Of a stretch of DNA of 64,000 nt, positions 23,676-36,207 are shown in pieces (the stretch's first letter is position 1; the number at the start of each line of letters is the position of its first letter). The notes beneath the pieces were generated by a model. It saw only the letters and a program-made list of their open reading frames with translations, did not search any database and had not been told where the DNA came from. The stretch is from positions 392,894,001-392,958,000 of the forward strand of contig OZ024741.1 in the NCBI GenBank assembly GCA_964016885.1, read 5' to 3'. Position numbers and translations under genes: made by a program. Source of the DNA: Eledone cirrhosa. Its lineage: Eukaryota.

Positions 23676-23761
23676 TAAGTCTCAGTCATTTTAGTTATTT
23701 AACTGGAAAGTTTGTTCCAATGAACATCAAACCACTACCTGCAGTCTCAGCTATTCAGGAC
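23676..23761 (-). mobile_element. Short 3'-end fragment of R4 family A (copy A4)
   Basis: AGTCTCAGTCATT...AACTGGAAAGTTTGTT...CCACTACCTGCAG.CTCAG.TATTCAGGA matches the A1/A2/A3 3' ends; abuts (ATT)n. Confidence 0.85.
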
Positions 23762-24799
23762 AAGCAAACGCAATGCTATTTGGAACAGGGTTTGTCCAGA
23801 TAACGTTATTAGCAATCTGTAATTTTAATGGGCAATAACACGACAATATAAATGAGGTCTTTTTGCTGGGTCCAGAGTGCCATAGAGAAACGCTCCTTCT
23901 TCAAGTATGCCAAATCCATCCCTATGAAGAAATTGATAAAAGTTAGAAATCTAATACATTTATTTTTCTTCACATCACAAATCAAGGCAATTAAACAATT
24001 TTGGCAGAAAATGCCAGAAAAAGAAAACAAGTTATATATTCAGAATTAGATGATTTCTTTGAATAATTTTACCTCCATCAGTTGCAGCTTGCCAAAACGC
24101 TTCCAACGAGTGTCAATTTTTTGTGGAGATATGAATTTATTCCTAAATTTATCATTCTACTGCATTGAACAGTATCGTTGAATATCATTTTATTTCAATT
24201 CACCTACTTCTTTTATTCTACTACTATATAAAAGTCAACTAATTTTACATCTAGGACACTAAATGTCTAATGAACCTCTCTCTACATCCATCCACCAGCT
24301 AGATATAGTAGTTAAATCTCATTCAAATCACACAGCAGGGGTATCACACCTAAGGAGAGGCACAGCGTGCCAAAAGTGAGATGAGTGGGGGATTATTTTC
24401 TCTAGTTATAATGCTAATCTATAATACAGTTGATAAGCTACTATTTTTTTTTAAATTAAAATTGAATAGGCATATGATAGTAAATGAGATATGTGAATTA
24501 GTACAAAATGTAGGTGGACAAATTTTCCGTTTCATATTTTCCTTAATTTCGTTTTTACCTCTGGCAAGTTCTCTTTTCCCGTATTTTCCATTGAATTGTA
24601 TTTCGTAGGTAAATTGCAATAAATTGTTCTATAAATATTAGTGTGTAGCACTGACACATGCTGCTTTGATCTCCTTGTGCAGATATCTCTTTGAAATGCT
24701 GCGGCGATGGGAAGCAGCGACGTATACAAACCTAACGAGTTGGAGATATGCAGTTGCTAATATACACGCAGGCTGCTTAATGCTTATCTAATGTTGTTG

Positions 24800-27700
24800 C
24801 CAGTTTTCAGGATAAGAACTGACATGGGCGGAGTCTTCTGTGACTGAGCAGCCGTTTCAAGGGAGAACACTGCTCACCCAAATCTTGGGAGAGGTCTATA
24901 AAAGGTGCTCCAAACAATGTTTTTTCCACCATCAAGCTGCTCAGCTACCTGCGGCTGACGGCTGTTCATACCAGCAGGAAAAACAAGAAGAATAGTAATT
25001 TTCAGAAAATAGAACTGCAATGAATGTTGCTATGTGGAATATTAGAACACTTCTTGACAGGGAATCATTCACAAATCCGGAATACAGAACAGCTATTGTT
25101 GGCAGAGAATTGAGCAGATATAATGTTGATATAGCTGCATTCTCTGAAACCAAATGGTGGAAAAATTAATGGAGGGATAGGTTTTGCTGTCTGTACAGAG
25201 CTCACAAAGTGGCTGGAACAACCACATGGCATTAGTGATTGAATTATACATCTGAGAATTCTTCTTTCAAGGGGACATTTCATGACTGTCATTTCAGTGT
25301 ATGCCCCTACTCTGCAGAGTAGGCATGAATCAATCATGGCTTTTTACCAAAATTTACGAGGGTGTGTAACATCAATTACACATTTTTTAATTCAAACTTC
25401 CTGGCAGACTGCATCACACTGTTAATCTTGGAGATTTCTGTGCCCGTCTGGGAAAGTTCAACCATATCTGAAGTGTGTTAGGGCGCCATATCATGGGCAA
25501 GATCAATACCAATGGTTTTCTCTTTTTGCAATTATTCACTGAGTTTGAGCTGGTCGTGTGCAACACTTTTTGTTCAGCAAAAAGTGATCCACAAGGCAAT
25601 ATGGATACATTAAAGATTCAAACATGGATACCTCTTAGATTATATCATTACCAGGAAGAGTGAACTCCAGGATACCTGCTCTGTCAGATAGTGCATGGTG
25701 CAGAATGTGGTACAGACCATAAACTTGTATGTGGAAAGATAAAGGTACAGATCAGAAGAACATTGAAAGCAGCAGGGGTACAAGTACCAGAACGTATAAA
25801 TGTGTGCAAACTGTAAAGTTTAGAAATGAGTGAGATGCTCTTCAAAATGCACTTGACAACGTTGTCTTTGATGGAACTTGGGAACAGTTTAAAACACAGG
25901 TTTTCAGTGTTGGGATTGATGTACTTGGTCTTAAGAAGACAAAATACAGAGACAGGTTTAATGATGATGATGATGATGATGCAATCATCATGCACATTGA
26001 AGAGGTGAACAAGCTGCAGAGGGTCCAGTGAGTCACTTTTGAGAAGGCCTTCAAAGAAACACTGTCAAAACTGCAATATAAAACTTGAAAGGTGAAGAAT
26101 AACTGGTGGTCTTACATTTCAGGAGAGATGCAGAGAGCTTATAACCAGAGAGACTTGAAGGCATTATACAGCAGAATAAGGCTTAGTGGTTTGAACACTT
26201 TAAAGATCTGTTTGTTAATCGATTTGCAGTTGAAAATTATTATGGGCTCCCGCAAAAGAAGACTGTAACAGAGATGGTAAATGATCCAACCATTGATGAG
26301 ATAAACAGGGAAAGCCCCAGGTTTGGATGGAATACCTGTTGAGCTTACTGCTTTGAGGGAAACAATATTGCTATGGCCATCCATGATCCATGAGCTAGTC
26401 TTATCTGTATGGCATGATGAGCCTGTCACGCAAGACTGGGAGGATACAATTTTGCTCTTGATTTACACCGACAAGAGCTCCAAGTCTGAATGCAGTGATT
26501 ATTGTGGTATAAGTCTGCTCAAATTTATAGGAAAAATCTTATCCAAGGTTTTGCTGAATCGTCTAAATAAATGGATCTGACCTGGTGCCATCCCTGAGAC
26601 ACAGTGAGGATTCAGAGCTGGGTGGGAAATTATTAACATGATTTTCTCAGCCGACTGACTTATGGAGAAGTATATTGAGCAGTGAGTGCCACTGTACCAA
26701 GGATTTGTGGAACTTACCAAAGCCTTCAATACTTCAATCATAGAGCATTGTGAGTCATATTGGGGAAACTTGGATGCCCTTATGAGTTTGTTGAAATATT
26801 CACAAAACTTCATCAAAATATGAAAGCAAAAGTGAACTTCAATGAGACACTTTCAGAGCCAATATCAGTGGGAAACGGTGTCGAGCAAGGGAGCATACCT
26901 GGACCCACTCAGTTCTCTACTTCGCTGTGCTGCTGACATATTCCTTCCAAGACTTCGAAATGGGTGTATACTTGCAATTTAGAACCTCTGGCAAAGTCTT
27001 TAATGTAAGACGGTTTAACACCAAGTCCAAAACATTTGGTATCCTTGTTAAGAAATTCCTGTATGCTGATGATGCAGATTTTGTGGCTCACACAGTAGAG
27101 GACATGCAGTTGATATTGGAGACCATCTCCAATGCATGCACTGTGTTTGGGCTAAGTATTAGTATAAAAAAGACAACCGTCAAGTACACTCCACCAGTTG
27201 AGAAAGTGTATGTGGAGCCAGACATTTTCGTGAGAGGAAAAAGACTTAGTAGAGATGGCGCCCTCGATGGTGAAATAGATCACAAGATTGCGAAAGTGAG
27301 TATTGCCTTCGGGAAGCTTGAGAAGCAAGTCGGATCATCTCAGGGTATCACGAGAAACACAAAGGTCTCTGTGTATGAAGCCTGAGTCCTTACAGCCCTG
27401 CTATACGGATGTGAATCGTGGATAGCTTCAGGCATCATATCAGGCAGTAGGAAGGATTTAATCAGCATTATATACAACACATACTGAACATCATATGGTC
27501 CCCTTACGCACTCGATGCTGCAGTACTTGAGAAAGCGAGTAGAACCAGTATTTAGAGGAAGATTATTATGAACCAGATGCGTGGTCAGGGTAGAAGATGG
27601 AAGGATACTAAACTGCTTTTTTATGGGAAGCTGACCAGAGGAAAAAGGCTACAGCATAAACCAAAGAAACGGTTTAGGGATATCATAAAAGACAATCTTA

Positions 27701-28170
27701 AAGCCCAGAATATTGATATGGATAACTGATAGGGAGAAAGACGTTATTGAGAAAAAGTGACTGGAGCATGCTGTTTTGAATCGTTCACTCCGTAAGCGGG
27801 ACCCAAGTACAGTGCCTCCAAAAATCCAGAAGGAATTGAGGTGCAATGCATGTGGCCGAGCTGGATTTGTCAACCATCTGAAATCACACGAACCAGGGAG
27901 AAATCGAGCTGTGAGTTGGTTCTATCACCTCGCACTCCTCGGTACATTTACGGTGTGTGGCATAATTTTTAAGTCAGATGGTGTACTGATCAGACATGGT
28001 AGACTGCGTGAGAACACACTCTATCCGGTAATGCCTGGTGATAATTCAAGTGTCGCATCTGTGAACGTATCTGCAAAACAAAAGCTGGTCTGAAAAGTCA
28101 TCTGCGTTCACATGAACATGCAATGTTCAATGAAGGGATGGCACTCTTCTGACAAGAAGTAGCAATTAAC
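24800..28170 (+). mobile_element. Decayed RTE-clade LINE with C-terminal C2H2 fingers and (ATGT)n tail
   Basis: APE remnants (WNIRTLLD, DIAAFSET, ISVYAPT, DHKLV), RT remnants (GISLLKFIGKILSKVLLNRL, LYADDADFVAHT), KLLFYGKLTRGKR..HKPKKRFRD; 5' boundary approximate. Confidence 0.85.
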
Positions 28171-28190
28171 ATGTATGTATGTATGTATGT

Positions 28191-29610
28191 TCTTCTGGTT
28201 TTATAATTTCACAAATTTTTACCAATAGAGAGAGAGTCGATTTCTAACATAGACACAAGACTCTCTCATTGGAATTTAAACAACATCAACTAGGTAGATA
28301 TATATGTATGCATGCATGTGTAGATATGGATGTTATTGTATGTGTGGATGTGGATGTTTTGAGTTGTATGTGTTCATGTGTATATGCTTTGTATCTGTAC
28401 ATGTGTATATGCAGTTATTAGATGCAAAATTTTTGGAATGTTTTACATATTTTTACTGTTCCATTAATGGATTGTACTTGTAGTTTCCTAACTAGTTGTG
28501 TTCTTTCTGTTCATGTGAACAAGATTTGTATTGAGGCAGTTACTAACATATCCCAGTGCCCCAATAATCACAGGCATAAATCTGAAGGTGTAATCAGCGT
28601 CGAGTATCTGCAGACTTCTCATCAGTTCTGCATAAATATTCTCCTTTTCACTAATCTTTGATATTATACTGGCATCTGCTGGGCAGCTAATTTCCACTAC
28701 TGTGCGTGTTTTCTTCTCCCTGTCCCATATCATAATATCTGGTCTGTTATGCCTGCATTTTATTGGGGTTTTTACTGGAACATTCCACCAGTACTCTTTC
28801 ATATTATGTACATGGATGTCTTCCACATTGTTGTAGCTTTTAATGTGTTTATTATCGGGGCTATCTTTTTTATGAACTGCATTGTACAGTGTTTTGGCCA
28901 CTATATCATGCCTCATAGGTAGATAGTACCGCGATGACATCTTTGGACAGCTGCTGATGACATGGGTGATATCCTCGATGTTAGTTCTGCAGAGTCTGCA
29001 CTTGTTATCACATCTAGGTGTTTTGCCTGCATCTCTATCTCTTTTGTGAATCAGGTATCTCCTGTTCTTGGATTGCAAAAGCGTATCCTTCAAAGTGGGA
29101 GCCAATATAGCGGTTGTTGGTCCAAGATAGACTACTTTCCTTATCTATATTACTCTCACTCTGAAGCTTCCTGGCAATATATCCATGCATGATTTTTTGC
29201 TGATAGGCATGCAATTTTTCATCCATGGATTCACTGCGATACTGCTGAGCGACATCCCTGGGTGTGAGTTTTTGATTATCACACTGGGAATATCTCTCAA
29301 GGAGTTCCTTCCCAACTCTCATGATCTTATCTGTTTCATGCAGATAGACTTGCTCGAGAAGCGGGCTCCTACGCTTCGAGGTTCGTAGATGTTGTCGGAG
29401 AGATATGATGCGACATTCAAATGCTGTCTGGGCTAATGTTAGCCCTCTGCCTCCCTGCTTATGTTTCAAGTAAAGACGGTCTATGTCACTGTGGAAGTTT
29501 CCGGTGTTGTTCAGTATTTTTCGAGTTCCAACATCAATTGCTCGGATTTCGTCTATCGTCCAATTGAGTATTCCAATCGTTGGTGTTAGGACAGGCACAG
29601 CAAACACATT
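28191..29610 (-). mobile_element. R4-type RLE retrotransposon fragment, family C copy C1, in (TATG)n
   Basis: DIDRLYLKHKQGGRGL, FEGYAFAIQEQEI, KCRLC..IEDITHVISSC, RHD, NRPDIMIWD, VEISCP, PVIIGALG; (TATG)n on both sides. Confidence 0.88.
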
Positions 29611-29633
29611 ATGTATGTATGTATGTATGTATG

Positions 29634-29667
<34 letters not shown>

Positions 29668-29694
29668 TGTATGTATGTATGTATGTATGTATGT

Positions 29695-30774
29695 TCTTAT
29701 GGTTTTATAATTTCACAAAGTTTTACCAATAGAGAGAGAGAGTCAGTTTCTAACATAGACACAAGACTCTCTCATTGGAATTACACATCAACTAGGTAGA
29801 TATGTATGCATGTCTGCATGCATCTATATGTAGGTATGGATGTTATTGTATGTGTGGATGTGTATGTTTCGAGTTATATGTGTGCATGTGCATCTGCTTT
29901 ATATCTGTACATGTGTATATGCAGTTATTAGATGCAGAATTTTGGGAATGTTTTACATATTTTTACTGTTCCATTAATGGATTGTACTTGTAATTACCTA
30001 ACTAGTTTTGTTCTTTCTGTTTCTGTGAATCCCAGCTTCTCAAGATTTGTATTGAGGCAGTTACTAACATACCCCAGTGTCCCAATAATCACAGGCATAA
30101 ATCTGAAGGTATAGTATGGTGAAGTATCTGTAGATTTCTCATTAGTTCTGCATAGATATTCTCCTTTGCGCTAAACTTTGATATTATATTGGCATCTGCT
30201 GGGCAGCTAACTTCCACTACTGTGCATGCCTTCTTTCCCCTGTCCCATATCATTATATCTGGTCTGTTATGTCTGCATTTTATTGGGGTTTTGATTGGAA
30301 CATTCCACCAGTTCTCTTTCATATTATGTATATGTATGTCCTCCACATTGCTGTAGCTTTTAATGTGTTTATCACCAGGGCTATCTTTTCTACGGATTGC
30401 ATTGTATAGTGTTTTGGCCACTACATCATGCCTCATGGGTAGATAGTACAACGATGACATCTTTGGACATGGGTGACATCTTCGATGTTAATTCTGCAGT
30501 CTGCACTTGTCACATTTTGCCTGCATCCCTATCTCTTTTGTGAATCAGGTATTTTGTGTTGAATTCCTGTTCTTGGATTGCAAAAGCGAATCCTTTAAAG
30601 TGAGAGCCAATATAGCGGTTCTTGGTTCAAGATAGACTACTTTGTTTATCTATATTACTCTCACTCTGAAGCTTCCTGGCAACACATCAATGCTTGATTT
30701 TTTTGCTGATAAGCATGCAGTTTTTCATCCATGGGTTCACTGCGGAACTGCTGGGAAATTTCCCTGGGTGTAAG
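29695..30774 (-). mobile_element. R4-type family C copy C2 (more truncated), tandem to C1
   Basis: Same 3' UTR as C1; PMRHDVVAK, NRPDIMIWD, VEVSCP; (TATG)n on both sides. Confidence 0.88.
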
Positions 30775-30852
30775 TATGTATGTATGTATGTATGTATGTA
30801 TGTATGTATGTATGTATGTATGTATGTATGTATGTATGTATGTATGTATGTA

Positions 30853-31185
30853 TGGTGCATGGCTTAGTGGTTAGAGCATTAGGCTTCCAATAGATAGGTT
30901 GTGAGTTCGATTCTCGGACCGGTTGATGCATTTTATCCTTGAGAATACACTTTATTTCACGTTGCTCCAGTTTACTCAGCTGTAGAAATGAGTTGCAACG
31001 TCACTGGTGCCAAGTTGTATCGGCCATTGCCTTTCCCTTGGACAACAGCGGTGGCATGGAGAGGGGTTGACTGGTATGTATGGGTGACTGCTGGTCTTCC
31101 ATAAACAACCTTGCCCAGACTTGTGTCTCGGGGGAAAATTTCTTGGTGCAAAACCATGGTCATTCGTGACCGTAGGGGTTCTTTA
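30853..31185 (+). mobile_element. tRNA-derived CORE-type SINE (second SINE family)
   Basis: A box TGGCTTAGTGG, B box GAGTTCGATTC, CORE-like TCCTTGAG..ACACTTTATTTCAC; related pieces at ~31239-31460, ~31980-32190, ~39980-40222 and ~50064-50115. Confidence 0.8.
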
Positions 31186-31519
31186 CAATGTATAATGCAG
31201 TTTGAAGGATATGCTTAATTTTATATTGCTTTTAGATAGTGTATTTATTTCATGTTGCTCCATTTAATTCAAATGTAGAAATGAGCTGCGAAGCTGTATT
31301 GGCTTTTGCCTTTCCTTTGGTAACTTGGAAAGGGGAGATTGGCATGTATGGGCGACTGGTGGTTTCTCACAAAAACACTTTGCCCGGGCTTGCGCCTCGG
31401 ACGGGAATTTCTGGGTACAAAACCCATGGTCATTCCAGACTGAAGAAAGTCTCTACTCTTTTTTTTCAGAAGTATTCATCATTTATTTGGATAGTTCCAT
31501 TTATTTAAATAATAGTTTT

Positions 31520-31557
<38 letters not shown>

Positions 31558-32191
31558 TTGTTTTAATTTCCTCTCCTCAGTTTAACCTTAATCTTAAACC
31601 CCGAATCATAACTGTAAATGCTAAACCATAAAGCTTAAATCCTTCTACTAAAACCTAACCCATAACCTTTACATGCTGCGGTGGAGCTAAGGATCACTGC
31701 ATCCGTACTGAATAGATTAAATTACAGAAAAATCTTGTCTCATATATACTGTTTAATACGGATGCAGGCGTGGTTGTTTAGTTAAGAAAGGCTATTGGCA
31801 ACCATGAGATTTTAGATGCATTAAACGCAAATCAATATCCATTCATTACATCCATTCATACATATGTAATATGCATATGTTCATAGAATGCTCCGTCATT
31901 AGCAATACAGCGGGCATGTTATGAATTATTTATTGAATAAAATTCACTTTGGTTCGATGTATGCAAAATATTGTCATGTCGCGTGGCTTAATGGCTAAGG
32001 TGTTTGAGTCACGATTGTAAGTTTGTCAGTTAAATTCCTGGCGACGCATTTAATCTTTGGGGCAGATACCTTATTCCAGTTTGCTCCAGTTCACTCAACC
32101 GGGAAAATTAGTTGTACTTGTAATTCAAAGGACCAGTCTATGTTACGCTGAATCTCCTTGAGAGCTACGTATCTGAAATGCTCAGCCACTT

Positions 32192-35100
32192 GACTTAAGG
32201 TGATACCTTTCAAATATACATAACATAATACAATAATACAATATAGTAAATAAGTTACTGAAAATATTGTTAAAAATTAATGCTTTAGATCAATTATTAT
32301 AAAAGAATCATTTAGTTGATATATACTATAAATATATAAGTCAAAACTACATGAGTCCTGAGGATAAGGGCTAGATACAAAATAAAAATAAAAAGTGAAA
32401 AATAATGAATTGTTTGCGAAACATAAAAATACCCAATATTGAAAATATAGTTTAAAATGTAAGAGGGTTTTAATATATAGTAGACATAAGATACTTCTAA
32501 AATGTCCAGCGAATGTGATAGAAAGAGGAGCTAAAGACTTGAAAAAGCCGAAGGTAATCTAAATTTAATTAAAAATAAATTAAATTATATTAAATTAAGT
32601 AATAATCATTATATAATTTCGAACATCCATATTTAATAGACAGACAATTAAGCTTTCTTACTCTACAACTATGAATATGGCCCAAAACATCGCTAAACTA
32701 AATAGTAGAATTGTAAACCAAAATCAGCATAATGCTGTTAATAATAGTGTTAATATAAATAATAATAAATCGAAATGTAATTGTAGAAATAAACCAGATT
32801 GCCCTCTGCAAAATAATTGTCTGGATAGAAATTTGGTGTATAAATGCACCGTAAAAACAAATAACAACACATACAACTACATAGGGGCAACTTCTTCGAC
32901 ATTTAAATGGAGATTTGCGAATCACAAATGCTCATTTCCGAATTTTAATAGGAAGTTTTCGACTTCTTTATCACAACTTATATGGTCATTAAAAGACAAA
33001 AATTTTAAATACTTGATTGTTTGGACGTAGCTTTGTAATAGTAAAATCTACTCGAACTCGTCTATATCAACTAACTGCAACCTCTGCACAAAGGAGACCC
33101 TATTAATAATTACTAATTATGAAAACTTAATTAACAAAAAAAGTGAATTATTCTCAAACTGCCTTCATAAAGCTTTGTCTACATTCCAAGCCTCACAAAA
33201 AGACAGGAAAAAACACTAAACAAACATGCTTTCATTTTTTACGTCTCTTATCAACTGTTGGACCTAAAACGTTATAACAGTTTATAAAACTTTAATAATA
33301 CTTTATTTTCTAATCATTTATGATAGAATTAATGTTAGAATGAAGGATCCTGTTCTCTTGATAAATATGCACACCTTTGGATTGTTTTAGATATTTATAA
33401 TTTAGATTTGGATCTTTATTGATTTGTCTCTGTTTTAAATATATAATTTGGATATTTAACTTGTAAGATTACCGGTTATAATTGAACCGTAGATTATTCA
33501 TGCATTTATATATTTTACTCATTTTGGGTATGTTCTGGGACTCAGAAATTTAGATTTGCACTTATATATTTTTATATATATCTAGATAAAAATATTACAA
33601 ACCATATTAGTCGACAATATTGGTCTCTGTCTCCACTGAACTGGAGGTAAAACTACAATTATAGCATTACTAATAATGATTGTAATTATTTATTTATTAA
33701 ATGTATATCGTTTCATTAATACCTATAATACTCTCTCTATATAGTTGTACAAATATGTTTATCTAGTGTAATAACATGCTCGTAGTTACATTTATAAATA
33801 ATTTAGATACTACTCAAATGACTCTCTATTGTTATAAGTGTTAGATATTCCCTGGATGTTCGAAATTATATAATGATTATTACTTAATTTAATATAATTT
33901 AATTTATTTTTAATTAAATTTAGATTACCTTCGGCTTTTTCAAGTCTTTAGCTCCTCTTTCTATCACATTCGCTGGACATTTTAGAAGTATCTTTTGTCT
34001 ACTATATATTAAAACCCTCTTACATTTAAAATATATTTTTAATATTGGGCATTTTTATGTTTCGCAAACAATTCATTATTTTTCACTTTTTATTTTTATT
34101 TTGTATCTAGCCCTTATCCTCAGGACTCATGTAGTTTTGACTTATATATTTATAGTATATATCAACTAAATGATTCTTTTATAATAATTGATCTAAAGCA
34201 TTAATTTTTAACAATATTTTCAGTAACTTATTTACTATATTGTATTATTGTATTATGTTATGTATATTTGAAAGGTATCACCTTAAGTCTTTAGACAATA
34301 TAATCTTTGTATATTTTTTTGATTAACACATATATGTAATTTAAAATTCAGACCTCTTTAAGTTTAATTATAAGGCCTGTTGATCCTTTTAGGCACTCAA
34401 ATTGTTAATCATAAATTCTTGAAAAATTATAACTAATTATTTTCTAAATTATATTATATAAACTGTTGTCAATATTATAAATAATTTTGGTAAAGTTTAC
34501 CTTCGTGAGGTTGTGAAACCATTATGTTTTCTTTCTCGTGTTTGTAAATCCTTTAAATTTGATTTCATAAAATTTGATTTTAGAAATTAAACTTGATAGT
34601 ATACTTTAATATTAATACAGATACCTATTAACTTTTTAAACCTAAAATATTATTCATTACTCTGAACTAACTTAAATTAAATATTTTGAATATTAACGGT
34701 CAACCAAATAAGTTTAGATATATATTGTATATATGGATACTTGTCTAAAAACTTGAACATAAATTATTCCCTTTTGTCTCTCTCTCTCTCTGTAATCAAC
34801 TCTCTTTCGTCTTTCGAGCCACCTACTAACTATATTATCCCATCAGCTGTTTCTTCCTCTTTGCTTTCCTTTCTTTCCTCTTTCTTCGGTAATTTAAATT
34901 TTTTAACAGTTATATTGATGCCATGTATTTTTTAAGCTGTCTCACCCGCACCCTCTCTATTGTATTATTATATATTTTTCTCATGTTCTCAATATTAAGG
35001 TATATAAATATTGAGTTTTGTCATATATTACTCACTACCATGACTGAATCTTAACCATCTACTATGTCAGGGCATGTTATGCATCATCTTATTTTATCTG

Positions 35101-35198
35101 ATGAGGACGTACTGTTGAACTTAACTCAGTACTTCTGAAATATGTATAATAAAATATACTTGATCACAAGAATATCTATTTTGTTAATATTTTGAATT

Positions 35199-35200
<2 letters not shown>
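32192..35200 (+). mobile_element. Penelope-like element (Naiad-like GIY-YIG remnant) with 5' inverted arm and terminal hammerhead
   Basis: ~32640-33220 encodes CNCRNKPDCPL..CL..NLVYKC.V..YIGATSSTFKWRFANH..LSQLIWSLK..CNLC..INKKSEL..CLH; inverted repeat 32192-32629/33853-34289; ends at (TA)n. Linking 34290-35200 to the element is inference. Confidence 0.72.
35090..35156 (+). ncRNA. Type I minimal hammerhead ribozyme (Penelope pLTR type)
   Basis: TATTTTAT-CTGATGA-GGACGTACTG...CAGTACTTC-T-GAAA-TATGTA-TA-ATAAAATA. Confidence 0.65.
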
Positions 35201-35315
<115 letters not shown>

Positions 35316-35548
35316 TTAAATATCTTAAACATTTCAGCTAGCATGTAAATATTAAGCATTTGGTAAAATAATATATAGCGAAACTCTTGTATTATTTAAA
35401 ATTACTTTCTCATCTTCATGGTATTGCATCCGTCAGAATAATCATATTTCGATGAAATAAGCTTTTAATTTAGCAGTAGCGAATAAGGGATTTGAATGAA
35501 TTAGATTCGTTACCAAAATGTAATACACACACACATCATATTATATAA

Positions 35549-35600
<52 letters not shown>

Positions 35601-36099
35601 CGAAATCTGTTCACACACTAACCCTCAGATGACACCTTGCTGTTATTTTCTGTTATCTGCTGGCGTCAGCTTGTTTCAAGTGAGAGGTCATTTTTAGGTG
35701 AAAGAAAAATAGGTTCTTTAGGCGAGTCGACAGGTAATCTTCACAGAGTAAACAAGTCAGTCTTCTCTGGTCTCTCGCAACAGACTAATGAGATCTACCT
35801 GCTCAAGTCACTAGCAAGATGTAACACTCAGCAAAGACTTCGGCCCTCTCCTGACAGGGGCCAGATACATTTCTCCATCTGCATCAACGAAGTTGAATCA
35901 AGGAACCATAAATACAAGCAACATCTCTCTGGCCTGCCTGGTCCTTTAGCACCACAACCCTATTAATCTAATAGCAAAAATAATATAAGCTACGGGCTTG
36001 GTATTATCAAAGGTCCAGTGTTAAATTTATACTATAGAACTAAAGCGCTTTTAAACTTTATGAAGGAATGAATTGTTCAAAAATTTAAATTTATAATAT

Positions 36100-36207
36100 C
36101 TTCTTCTTCTTCTTCTTCTTCTTCTTCTTCTTCTTCTTCTTCTTCTTCTTCTTCTTCTTCTTCTTCTTCTTCTTCTTCTTCTTCTTCTTCTTCTTCTTCT
36201 TCTTCTT
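36100..36207. repeat. (TTC)n microsatellite, the (GAA)n 3' tail of the adjacent RTE
   Basis: About 36 perfect units abutting the RTE 3' end. Confidence 0.95.

Noticed and set aside
31560-31770. Degenerate TAACC(C)-like repeats and an 11-bp inverted repeat CTGCATCCGTA
   Set aside because: Too degenerate for a telomeric array and too short to define a MITE or Helentron
34350-34930. Minus-strand frame broken mainly by TAA, suggesting a recoded or antisense ORF
   Set aside because: Stop frequency is about what this AT content predicts; no recognisable motifs
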